From Candidatus Spongiisociaceae bacterium (GTDB lineage: Bacteria > Actinomycetota > Acidimicrobiia > Spongiisociales > Spongiisociaceae), in contig CBDCOH010000002.1 in the NCBI GenBank assembly GCA_965219685.1, positions 3,552,001-3,616,000 of the forward strand: DNA of 64,000 nucleotides, read 5' to 3'. Shown in pieces: positions 31,224-40,759 of this stretch (position 1 is the stretch's first letter; each line of letters begins with the position of its first letter). The notes below the pieces were generated by a model. That model made no database searches, was not told the origin of the DNA, and was given only the letters and a program-made list of their open reading frames with translations. The position numbers and the translations under genes were made by a program.

Positions 31224-31603
31224 ATGGGTTAGGTCTTAGGTAGTGAGCGGTGGTTAGCGTTAGATCGGATAAGTTGCTGGTCTCGGTGTGTGCTGTCCGA
31301 GCTTCCACCCCCGCTAAGCGGGACCTTCACGAAAGAGAAGTATGGGAGACCCGTGGCGAGAGACACTGATGCAAACGAGTGGCGGCTGCGTTGTGCATCG
31401 ATAGTTCAGTGCGATCCTCCAGATCGGATGGCTTGGAACTCCTGATCAAACCGGCCGCATTCGCTTTCGAACAGCCGATCATGGATCGCCGGATCCGGAT
31501 CTCCGGCCCGCCCGCACCGCCGGTGGTCACCCCCGCCTGACAAGGAGAACCGCCAGATCCGGTTCGTAGACAATGCAGTCGTGATGCGGCATGCTGCATG
31601 ACG

Positions 31604-32245
31604 CTACCGCCCGAAGAACTTGTCGAACAGTTCAATCTGGCCGTCTCGAAGGCTGGCAACTTCCGTCTTGACGCCGGCGACGTCGTTTTGGAGACCGCCG
31701 ATGTCCTCTCGAATGCTGGCGACCTCGGTTTTGACGCCGGCGACGTCGTTTTGGAGACCGCCGATGTCCTCTCGAATGCTGGCGACCTCGGTTTTGACGC
31801 CGGCGACGTCGTTTTGGAGACCGCCGATGTCCTCTCGAATGCTGGCGACCTCGGTTTTGACGCCGGCGACGTCGTTTTGGAGACCGCCGATGTCCTCTCG
31901 AATGCTGGCGACCTCGGTTTTGACGCCGGCGACGTCGTTTTGGAGACCGCCGATGTCCTCTCGAATGCTGGCGACCTCGGTTTTGACGCCGGCGACGTCG
32001 TTTTGGAGACCGCCGATGTCCTCTCGAATGCTGGCGACCTCGGTTTTGACGCCGGCGACGTCGTTGCGGATGGTGGCCACGTCCTGTTGGAGGTCGGTGA
32101 TGTCCTTGCGGATGGTTTGCTGCCCGGTCTCGATGTTGTCCAGCCGGTCGAGGATCTGTGTGAGAATGCCAGCTAGCGCCTCGAAGGCCGCGTCTGTCCT
32201 GGCATTGCCCGTTGTGGGGAACCGAACGACTGCGGATTGGGCCAT
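31604..32245 (-). CDS. Coiled-coil protein with six perfect 21-aa repeats
   Basis: NDVAGVKTEVASIREDIGGLQ x6; RBS AAGGGGA. Confidence 0.75.
   Translation of the reverse strand: MAQSAVVRFPTTGNARTDAAFEALAGILTQILDRLDNIETGQQTIRKDITDLQQDVATIRNDVAGVKTEVASIREDIGGLQNDVAGVKTEVASIREDIGGLQNDVAGVKTEVASIREDIGGLQNDVAGVKTEVASIREDIGGLQNDVAGVKTEVASIREDIGGLQNDVAGVKTEVASIREDIGGLQNDVAGVKTEVASLRDGQIELFDKFFGR
31670..32065. repeat. Perfect 63-bp tandem repeat, 6.3 copies
   Basis: Unit GACGCCGGCGACGTCGTTTTGGAGACC...CCTCGGTTTT. Confidence 0.95.
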
Positions 32246-32585
32246 GAACGTTCCCCCTTACCTGTGATCGCTTATAGGGTAACTATACCACCCGACCGTT
32301 AGATACCGTCAACAAGGTTGGACATCTAACTGGTTCAAGTTTTTCGACTCCAACGAAAAGTGGAAATACCAGGCGCTTTGCGTGGGGCGGATCAATACGG
32401 ATGGGACGAGGATGATCGCCGTGTCCGGACCGGCGGCGATGTTTGTGCTCGCGGCACCCTTGACTATGCACGATGGGTGTGACAGCGGCAACCCCTACTC
32501 GCACTCGAACGGGACTAACCGGTGGGCACACAGGATCCGCCGCTCGAGACCCCGCCTAGGTGCCGGCGGGGCTGCCAGTGGGTCC

Positions 32586-33701
32586 CTACTCCAGCCTGTC
32601 GACCAATCTCTGGAACTTGCCGGCGGAGAAGGACACGGGAGTGTCCTCCACCCGGTTGCCGGTCTTGTCGATCAGCAGGGCCCGGGATGTGTACGGGCCG
32701 CCGTAATGTCTCCACACCGCGTTGGAGCCGTCCCAGAGGTTGGTGAAGGTCAGCCCGTAACGTCGAACGAAGCCCTCGCCGGAACTCCGGGGATTCCAAT
32801 GATCCGGGTTGATACCCACCACTGTGACCTTGTCTGTGTTCTTGCGAGCGAACTGCTCGACCTCCGGAGCATGCCTCCGGCAAGTCGGTCACCATTCCGC
32901 CCAGAACCAGAACAGCACCCCCTTGTCGCCCGTGAACAGCGAGCGGAGGTTGACGGTCTCGCCGCTGGAGAGGTCGGTCAGGTCGACATCGGGGACGTCG
33001 TCGGAGATGGTGACCGGTTCGGGCTCGGTCGTCTGGTCGTCCTGTTTGAGCAGCGCCCGGTGCAGGAAGGTGGCCATCTCGGCTCGGGTGACCGAATCGT
33101 GGGGGCAGTAGCGGAGCGGGCCGGTCGCGCATCCGGTGGTGATCCCGGCTGTGGCCAGGGCGTCGATGTTCGGCGCGTGGGTGTTGCCTGCGGTGTCCGT
33201 GAAGCCGGCCGGGCCGGCGGGTTCGAGAGCGAAGGCACGGGTGAGGAAGGTGGCCATCTCGGCTCGGGTGACGGCCTGGTCGGGGCAGTAGCGGAGCGGG
33301 CCGGTGGCGCATCCTTTGGTGATCTCACGGTCGGCGAGTTCCTCCGCGTAGCGCGACCACCACTCTGAGGCGTCCACGTCGTCGAAGCGGGAGGTCCCTC
33401 CGGCGGTGACGTCGCCGCCGAGGACCCGGATCAGCCATACGGCCATGACCCATCGCTCGATCTTCTCCTGCGGGCAGAATTCGCCTTCCCCGCACTCGGT
33501 GCCCTCGAACACGCCCGACTCGGCCAGGGCATTGATCGCCGGCTCGTGGAAGTCGCCCGCACCGACATCGGAGAACCCGTCCGCGCCCCCGGCCGGCGGG
33601 GAGGCCAGAAGCGACGCCAGCAGTACCACGACCAGCGCCAACGGGGCGGCCCGACGGCGCCCGGGCGATGCTGTGTGCTCACGGGTTGTCACGGCTGCCA
33701 C
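32586..33701 (-). CDS. Predicted selenoprotein: signal peptide + 3 SLH + TlpA/thioredoxin-like domain (U-P-T-C)
   Basis: In-frame TGA at 32889-32891 in WFWAEW-U-PTCRRHAPEVEQF; frame stays open to stop at 32586 and completes the redoxin fold. Confidence 0.85.
32845..32859 (-). promoter_or_regulatory. Candidate SECIS hairpin 1
   Basis: CGAGC-AGUUC-GCUCG at +30 to +44 from UGA. Confidence 0.6.
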
Positions 33702-33868
33702 CCCCCTGTCGGGTCGGGCCTCATGATAGTTCTCCGGATGGGTCCGGTGTCGGATACCACCCGGCGCCCGTGGACGGGATGCCGGCCAGCCGTGTCGACG
33801 AGGCCGGAGGATTCAGGACCGGGTCCGGGGCGATCCCCCACGTGCGCAGTCGGTCGTCACGAACCGGA

Positions 33869-34978
33869 CTACTCCAACGCCGCCAGCAACCTGTCGATCA
33901 GGTCCGGGTCGAAGTACGAGTATTGAGGCGAGGGCACCGGGTTGCCCTCCCGGTCGACGAAGCGGAACCTCACCCGGTCGCCCTGCTTGCGCAGCAGCCG
34001 GAACTCGGACCAGGACCCGATCCCGTAGTGCGCTGTCGTTGCCCAGGGCTGATCGTCGCGAAGGATCGGAAAGGTCAAGCCGTGGGTGGCCACGAAGTTC
34101 GTGATCGCGTTAGGAGAATCCTCGGAGTTGATCCCTATGACCTTGACCCTATGGGTGTTGTCACGAGCGAACTGCTCGACCGCGGCCGCTTCCCGCCGGC
34201 ATCTCGGTCAGCCAGGCGAGAAGAACCAGAGCAGGAGGGGCTTGTCGCCGGTGACGAACGAGCGGAGGCTCACGGTGTCTCCCGTGGAGACGTCGGTCAG
34301 GTCTGTGTCGGGGACATCGTCGGAGATGGCGACCGGTTCGGGTCCGGTCATCCGGTCGTTCTGTTTGAGCAGGGCCTGGTGGAGAAAGGTGGCCATCTGG
34401 GCTCGGGTGACCGCCTCGTTAGGGCAGTAGCGGAGGGGGTCGGTCGCGCATTCGCGGGTGATCCCGGCTGCGGCTAGGGCGTCGATGTCCGGCGCGTGGT
34501 GGTCGCCTTCGGTGTCCGTGAAGCCAGCCGGGCTGGCGGCTTCGAGGGCGAAGGCCCGGGTGAGGAAGCTGCCCATCTGGGCTCGGGTGACGTCCTGGTC
34601 GGGGCAGTAGCGGAGGGGGCCGGTGTCGCATCCTTTGGTGATCTCGCGGTCGGCGAGTTCCTCCGCGTGGCGCGACCACCATTCGGAGGCGTCCACGTCG
34701 GCGAAGCGGGAGGTCCCTCCGGCGGTGACGTCGCCGCCGAGGACTCGGATCAGCCATACGGCCATGACCCATCGCTCGATCGGGTCCTGGGGGCAGAATT
34801 CGCCTTCCCCGCACTCGGTGCCCTCGAACACGCCCGACTCGGCCAGGGCGTTAATCGCCGGTTCATGGATGCCGCCCGCACCGACGTCGGAGAACCCGTC
34901 CGCGGCCCCGGCGGGGAGCGGACCCAGCACCGAGGCCACCAACACCACGGCTACCAGGACGGTCGGCCAACCCGTCAT
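33869..34978 (-). CDS. Predicted selenoprotein: signal peptide + 3 SLH + TlpA/thioredoxin-like domain (U-P-R-C)
   Basis: In-frame TGA at 34208-34210 in WFFSPG-U-PRCRREAAAVEQF; frame open to 33869. Confidence 0.85.
34164..34178 (-). promoter_or_regulatory. Candidate SECIS hairpin 2
   Basis: Identical 15-mer at +30 to +44 from UGA. Confidence 0.6.
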
Positions 34979-35055
34979 GCGGCGGAGGCGTCAACCTATT
35001 GGGGCGGCGAATACCGGACCAGGTCCGATAGACCTGGTCGGCAGTGGACGCGGCG

Positions 35056-36090
35056 TCATACCAACTCGTCCAATAGGTTCTCGACGCGGGTCCGGTCGTA
35101 GGGTTCGGTCCTCTCCATCAGCCGGTTGCCGAACGGATCCAGGAGCAGGAAGTCGGACGTGGCGTCCATCTCGTAGTGTTCCCATGCCTCACGGGAGTCG
35201 CTCCAGAGCACAGTGAAGGTGGTGCCCTTGTCAGCTACGAACTCCTGGGCTATCTCCAGGGTTCCTATGCCGCCGACGCCTATGACGATGAGGCGGTGGG
35301 AGTTGTCCCGAGCGAACTGCTCGATGGCCGGAGCCTCTTCGTTGCACGTCTCTCAGAACGGCGACCAGAACCAGAACATGAGCGGCTTCTCGCCCTTGAC
35401 CACCGACCGCAGGCTCACCAACTCGCCGGTAGCCGTGTCGAACATCCGGACGTCGGGCACGTCGTCGGAGATCTCGATCGTGAGCGGCGCCTCGGTGGTG
35501 GTCGGCGTGGGTGCCTGGGTGGTGGTAGGCGCCTGGGTGGTGGTGGTCGGTGGCTCGGTGGTGGTGGTCGGCGCTTGGGTGGTCGTGGTGGGCGCGTCGG
35601 TCGTGCTGGTCGTCGGCGCCTGGGTGGTGGATGTCGCCGGTGGTTCCTCGACGGTCGTGGAAGTCACGCCGGTCCCGGCCGTGTCGACGGTGGTGGAGGT
35701 GACTGCGGCGACCGTCGTGGCTGCGGCGGCCGTGGTGGTGGTGCTGTCCGGGACGGCCGATGTCGTCGTGGCGGCCCGGGCCGCGGTGGTGCTGGTTTCC
35801 GGCGCCGTCCCGTCCTCGGAGGGGTCGCGGTCAGCCACGCTGGTCCCGGGGTCGGGCATGGTGGTCCCGGTCGTGGTGGAGGCGCCGGCATCCACGGCGT
35901 CGGCTGCCACCGTGGTGGTGGTTCCGCTCCCGCAGGCGGCGACCATCAGGGCCGCTGCCACCACCCCGGCGTACCAGCCGGGCAACGGACGGGTCGGCCG
36001 TCGCTCCCGTGGCCGACGAGACCGCCTCGGACCCGCGCCCCGGTCCGGATCGACCGTGGCGCTCCCGCCTTCGTCGGCGTGCTGGCCCAT
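35056..36090 (-). CDS. Predicted seleno-lipoprotein: lipobox + Thr-rich stalk + TlpA/thioredoxin-like domain (U-E-T-C)
   Basis: VAAC lipobox; in-frame TGA at 35353-35355 in WFWSPF-U-ETCNEEAPAIEQF; frame open to 35056. Start uncertain. Confidence 0.85.
35309..35323 (-). promoter_or_regulatory. Candidate SECIS hairpin 3
   Basis: Identical 15-mer at +30 to +44 from UGA. Confidence 0.6.
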
Positions 36091-36340
36091 GGAACAACGG
36101 CTCGGGCTGCGACGAACCGCGCGGGTGTCGCCTGTCACCCACCTTCTCGCTGTCACCGGCTAAGCATAGAGGCTGGTGAGAGTTGCCGATCGGGCAGTGC
36201 AGGGCCACCCGAGGGCCGCAGACGCCGGCTGCGCCGCCGCCGCCGAGGCTCGACCGCCCGCGGAGGGGTCGCGCAAGGGCAACCCGGCCGGATGGCGGTC
36301 GTATCCTCCCGCTACGATCCGGTTGGCCGATCAGGTACCG

Positions 36341-38869
36341 GTGTTGAGAGAAATCCTCAGAAGGGAGGGCGGCGCCCTCCGAGCCTCGTGGCTTGTCCTC
36401 GCGGGCGTCTCCGCAGCGCTGCTGCTGCTTGCCACGCCCGCGCGGGCGGAGTCGCCCTGCGGCTCCCCGACGGTGATTCCCGACGGCTCGGAAGCTCTGC
36501 GGTCCGACTGCGAGGTGCTGTGGGAGTTCTACACCGGTCTCGAAGACCCGGGCGTACTGGACGATGCCGACAACCCCAACGCCTGGCTACCTACCATCCC
36601 GTTCGTCGAGTGGCAGGGACTCGAGGTCCGGAACGACCGGGTCGTAATCCTCTCCCTGTCCGGAGCCGAGTTGAAGGGACCCGTCTCCCCCGGCCTCGGT
36701 GGCCTGGCCGGCCTGCGGGCCCTCTACCTGAACTCCAACCAACTGACCGGTCCGATCCCCCCCGAACTGGGTGACCTCTCGGAGCTCGTCCTGCTGCAAC
36801 TGGACGACAACGGGTTCACGGGACCGATACCCCCGGAGATAGGGCAACTGGCGGAGCTGGTCTACCTTCTCCTGAACAGCAATGACCTCACGGGACCGAT
36901 CCCGCCACAGTTAGGCGACCCCACCAAGCTGAAGTGGCTGTACCTGTTCGGCAACGAGCTGAGCGGGCCGATACCCGAGGAGCTGTCGCGCCTGGACGAC
37001 CTCGAGAAACTCGCCCTGGGCGACAACCAGCTCACCGGGTCCATCCCGCCGGAGCTGGGGAGGCTCGTGAACCTGACCCTGCTGGCGCTCAACGACAACC
37101 AACTCAGCGGGTCCATCCCGCCGGAACTGGAGTCCCTGACCAAGCTGGAACAGCTGTATCTCCGCGGCAACCGGCTGACCGGTCCCATCCCTCCCGGCCT
37201 CGATCAGGTGCTCGAGCCCGCCGACAAGGACGAGATCGATCCCTTCTGGGCGGATCCGCTGGGTCTCATCGCCCACGCGGCCTACTACCGCCAGTACAGC
37301 CTCGGCTCGACTGTCTGGCACGTGTGGTTCTGCGATGTGCCGCTGGGCGACGCGCCCGTCGTGGCGAACGAGGTGGTGAGGCGCCTGAACCGGGAGGTGG
37401 TCTCCTACTTCGAGTGGGTGTCGGGCGACCGGTACCGGCCGAGCTTCCAAGCGGAGGGTTGGCTGGCCGGTGACAGCCGGTCGGACTGTGAGGCCGCGCT
37501 GGAGGCCGAGGACCCCGAGATGCCCATGCTCCTGGTCGAGAACAGCCCCGCCAACGACGGCTACGCGGCGGGCCGGGGACTGGTGGTGCTAGGAGGCGGC
37601 ACGGTCGTCCCGACACCGGGGTTCCGCCAGGCGCGCCTGTCGACCGTGGTCCACGAGATGGGCCATGCGTTGGGCTTCCCGCACTCCTTCGGCGGCAGGA
37701 TCAGATGGTCGCCCGAGGGCCAGCTCAGCGGGGTCTACGAGTACGACAACCCGATGGACATGATGAGCGGCGACCTCGCCCTGGGGCTCGACACCGGGAC
37801 GATCGCCGCCAACCGGTACGCGGCGGGCTGGATCGAACCGGACGAGGTGGCGGTCCACGGGGCGGGAACGACAGCCGTCTACGAGCTCCGCCCGCCTGGT
37901 GCGGGCGGCACCCAGATGCTGGTCCTGCCGGGGAGGAGGCAGGGCGTGTTCACGGTGCTGGGAGCCAGGGTCGCCCTGGGTCATGATGTGGCCATCCCGC
38001 GAGCGGGGGTCGAGGCCTACCGCATCGACCAGAGGGAAGCGGCGTGCACCTACCCCTGGCGGGGCGCTTGCTCGGGAACCGAGCGGCGTACCCAGCCCTA
38101 CCCGCCCGCCGAGCCGGGAGCAGGTTACGGCGACGATCTGGGCAGCCGCGGCCGGCGCCGCCTGGTCGATCACGTGTACCGCCCGGGCGACGTGTTCGAG
38201 ATCGGCACGACCACGATCGAGGTGGTCGAGAAGGTCGGCAACAACTACCGGGTGCGGGTGGCGGACTCCTCTGCGCCGCCGCCCCCGCCGGAGCCCGCCC
38301 CCGGTCCGTCGTTCGACGGGCGCTTCTCCGACGACGACGGCAGCGTCCACGAAGCCGACATCGAAACGATCGCCGCGCTGGGCATCACCGTCGGCTGCAA
38401 CCCGCCCGACAACAACCGTTACTGCCCCGGCGACGTCGTGACCCGGGCGCAGATGATGGCCTTCCTGGCCCGCGCCCTCGGCGAGGAGGGCGACCCCGAG
38501 GTGACTACCGGCCGGTTCTCCGACGTGCCCGACAACGCCTGGTACCTGCCGTACCTGGAGCGGCTGGCCGACCTCGGGGTGGTCGAACCCTACGAGGACG
38601 GCACCTTCCGCCCTGACGAGCCCATCACCCGGATCGACATGGCCGTGCTCCTAATGCGAGCATTCCCGGGCATCGACGAGGTGACCGAACCCGAGGGAGT
38701 CTTCGTCGATGTGCCCGCAGACGCTCCGCACGCGGGGGCGGTCGAGGGCATCCTGGCGGCGGGGGTCACCAAAGGATGCTCCGAGGACCCACTCTCCTAC
38801 TGTCCCGGCGGGGCCGTGCCCCGCGACCAGATGGCGTCCTTCCTGGCGCGAGCCCTGAAAGCCGGCTAG
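36341..38869 (+). CDS. Secreted plant-type LRR + zinc metalloprotease + 3 SLH protein (start uncertain)
   Basis: LxxLxLxxNQLTGxIPPELG repeats; HEMGHALGFPH; C-terminal SLH repeats. Confidence 0.88.
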   Translation: MLREILRREGGALRASWLVLAGVSAALLLLATPARAESPCGSPTVIPDGSEALRSDCEVLWEFYTGLEDPGVLDDADNPNAWLPTIPFVEWQGLEVRNDRVVILSLSGAELKGPVSPGLGGLAGLRALYLNSNQLTGPIPPELGDLSELVLLQLDDNGFTGPIPPEIGQLAELVYLLLNSNDLTGPIPPQLGDPTKLKWLYLFGNELSGPIPEELSRLDDLEKLALGDNQLTGSIPPELGRLVNLTLLALNDNQLSGSIPPELESLTKLEQLYLRGNRLTGPIPPGLDQVLEPADKDEIDPFWADPLGLIAHAAYYRQYSLGSTVWHVWFCDVPLGDAPVVANEVVRRLNREVVSYFEWVSGDRYRPSFQAEGWLAGDSRSDCEAALEAEDPEMPMLLVENSPANDGYAAGRGLVVLGGGTVVPTPGFRQARLSTVVHEMGHALGFPHSFGGRIRWSPEGQLSGVYEYDNPMDMMSGDLALGLDTGTIAANRYAAGWIEPDEVAVHGAGTTAVYELRPPGAGGTQMLVLPGRRQGVFTVLGARVALGHDVAIPRAGVEAYRIDQREAACTYPWRGACSGTERRTQPYPPAEPGAGYGDDLGSRGRRRLVDHVYRPGDVFEIGTTTIEVVEKVGNNYRVRVADSSAPPPPPEPAPGPSFDGRFSDDDGSVHEADIETIAALGITVGCNPPDNNRYCPGDVVTRAQMMAFLARALGEEGDPEVTTGRFSDVPDNAWYLPYLERLADLGVVEPYEDGTFRPDEPITRIDMAVLLMRAFPGIDEVTEPEGVFVDVPADAPHAGAVEGILAAGVTKGCSEDPLSYCPGGAVPRDQMASFLARALKAG

Positions 38870-38917
38870 ACGAGTGGCTGGTGCTTGGTGGACAGTATTG
38901 CTGTTTTAATGCACCGG

Positions 38918-38958
38918 ACCATTCACCATTCACCACTCACCATTCACCATTCACCACC
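38918..38958. repeat. Heptamer tandem repeat (TCACCAT)
   Basis: ~6 units between two convergent LRR genes. Confidence 0.85.
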
Positions 38959-39063
38959 TGGCTGGGTGCGGTCGCTTCCGGTCAGATCCTTTGGAACCAC
39001 TCGGCTAGGACCCGGAGCACCGGCGAGACGTTGCGGCAGCGCCTCAGCGGTTGGGCGATCCTG

Positions 39064-40620
39064 TCAGCAGAAGGGGAGGTCCATCAAGCTGAAGTCGTTG
39101 CTGGTGTCCATCAGTCCCTGCGGTATGCATCCCTGAAACTGGTTCCCGCCGTAGAACCGCACGTAGTTGATCTCGGGAAGGTCACCCAGGGAGGCGGGGA
39201 TGCGACCCTGCAACCTGTTGTTGGCCACATCCAGGAGGCGAAGTTTGGTGAGATTCCCCAGCTCGTCGGGAATCTCACCCGTGAGTCGGTTTTCGTTTAG
39301 CCACAGGTTGGCGAGGCGCGACAGTCTTCCAAGCTCCGGGGGGATGGGGCCTGTCAGTTGGTTCCTGGAAAGGATCAGCACCTCGAATTCCTCCAGGTCG
39401 CCCAACTCCGAAGGTATGGGACCGCTCAATCGGTTCCCCCCAAGGGACATCCACCAGAGCGACTTCACCGTCCCGAGTTCGGCCGGGATGGCCCCTGTCA
39501 GCACGTTGTCGCGCAGGGACAGGACACCCAGGTTGGCGAACTCGCCGAATTCAGGTGGGATGCCTCCACTCAGCGCGTTGCCTCCCAGGGACAGCTGTTC
39601 CAGGCGGGTGAGTCCGGTCAACTCAACCGGGATGGGTCCGTCGAGCAGGTTGTCGGCGAGGATGAGGGTCCTGAGTTGCTGGAGAGAGCCCAATTCGGAG
39701 GGCACCGACCCGGTGAGCCCATTCTCGCTCAGGTCAAGGGTCTCGAGCGCGGAGAGATCGGCCAGGATCGGCGGGAAGGGTCCCTCCAGCCCGTTGCCCT
39801 TCAGTTCCAGCTTCTTGACACGGTCGTCATCGTCGGTGGTGACACCGCCCCAAGCTTCCAGTTGGCCCCCTGTCAACCAGTTCTTCCTGCTGGTCCAGTT
39901 GTTGCCACTCGTCGTGTTGTAGAGGACCGCGAGGATGGCCCGGTCCGAGGTGCGGATGGCTCGGTGCAGGAACGTCGCCATCTCGGCGCGGGCCACGGGT
40001 CTGTCCGGGCAGTACTTCAGAGGGTCGGTGCTGCAGCCCGCGGTGATCCCGGCCGCGGCCAGCGCGTCGATGGCGGCTTCGTGGGTGTCGCCTCCGGTGT
40101 CGACGAACCCGGCGGAGGGCGCTTCTTCTATCTTCAGGGTGCGCACTAGGAACGTCGCCATCTCTCCCCTCGTCACCGCCCGATCGGGGCAGTAGCTCGG
40201 AGGGTCCGTCTTGCATCCGATCGTGATCTCGAGCCGGGCGATGCGCTCGGCGTAGGGTGACCACCACTCATCGGCGGAGACATCGGCGAATCGGGAGGTG
40301 TCGGTGTTGTAAGGCTTGTAGCCGAACGCCCGCACCAGCCAGACCGCCATCACCCAGCGGTCGACCGGATCCCAGGGGCAGAACATGTCCGTGTCGCACT
40401 CGGTGTCCTCGAAGTAGCCCCACTCGGCGAGGGTGTCGACCGCGGCCTGGAGTCCACCCGCCTCGGCCGAATCCGTGAAGAAGCCTTCCTCCTCGGTCGC
40501 CGCCGCGTCCGGGGCGAGCACCGTGCCGACCAGCGCCGCGACCAGGAGGAGGATCGTGCCGACGAGGAGGCGGTGCGGGACTGATGAAGACTGCCGGAGA
40601 TCGGTCTGCGGGATGCTCAT
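39064..40620 (-). CDS. Secreted 3 SLH + plant-type LRR protein
   Basis: Signal peptide, SLH (GC...YCP...TRGEMATFL), LYNTTSGNNW...WGGVT cap, 24-aa LRRs. Confidence 0.88.
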   Translation of the reverse strand: MSIPQTDLRQSSSVPHRLLVGTILLLVAALVGTVLAPDAAATEEEGFFTDSAEAGGLQAAVDTLAEWGYFEDTECDTDMFCPWDPVDRWVMAVWLVRAFGYKPYNTDTSRFADVSADEWWSPYAERIARLEITIGCKTDPPSYCPDRAVTRGEMATFLVRTLKIEEAPSAGFVDTGGDTHEAAIDALAAAGITAGCSTDPLKYCPDRPVARAEMATFLHRAIRTSDRAILAVLYNTTSGNNWTSRKNWLTGGQLEAWGGVTTDDDDRVKKLELKGNGLEGPFPPILADLSALETLDLSENGLTGSVPSELGSLQQLRTLILADNLLDGPIPVELTGLTRLEQLSLGGNALSGGIPPEFGEFANLGVLSLRDNVLTGAIPAELGTVKSLWWMSLGGNRLSGPIPSELGDLEEFEVLILSRNQLTGPIPPELGRLSRLANLWLNENRLTGEIPDELGNLTKLRLLDVANNRLQGRIPASLGDLPEINYVRFYGGNQFQGCIPQGLMDTSNDFSLMDLPFC

Positions 40621-40759
40621 GGAAGGCCTCAACTGTGGTGCTCGGGTGCTTCCGGACGCTACCACTTGTCTCCAGGATCGGGCATTCCCGCAATGGTGGG
40701 GATGGCTTGCTCGGGACGCCGACGTACGTTCGGACCCGGACGGGTATAGGGTTCCCATC

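Noticed and set aside
31670-32065. Possible CRISPR or non-coding repeat
   Set aside because: No spacers; the 63-bp unit is in frame within a coiled-coil CDS.
31224-32580. Short ORFs flanking the 63-bp repeat gene (31327-31659, 32283-32531, 32309-32491)
   Set aside because: No recognisable motifs or convincing starts.
32886-32897. TGA of selenoprotein 1 as a heptamer-derived true stop (GAATGGTGA)
   Set aside because: Single unit only. The frame continues as U-P-T-C, and the other two genes keep the TGA without this context.
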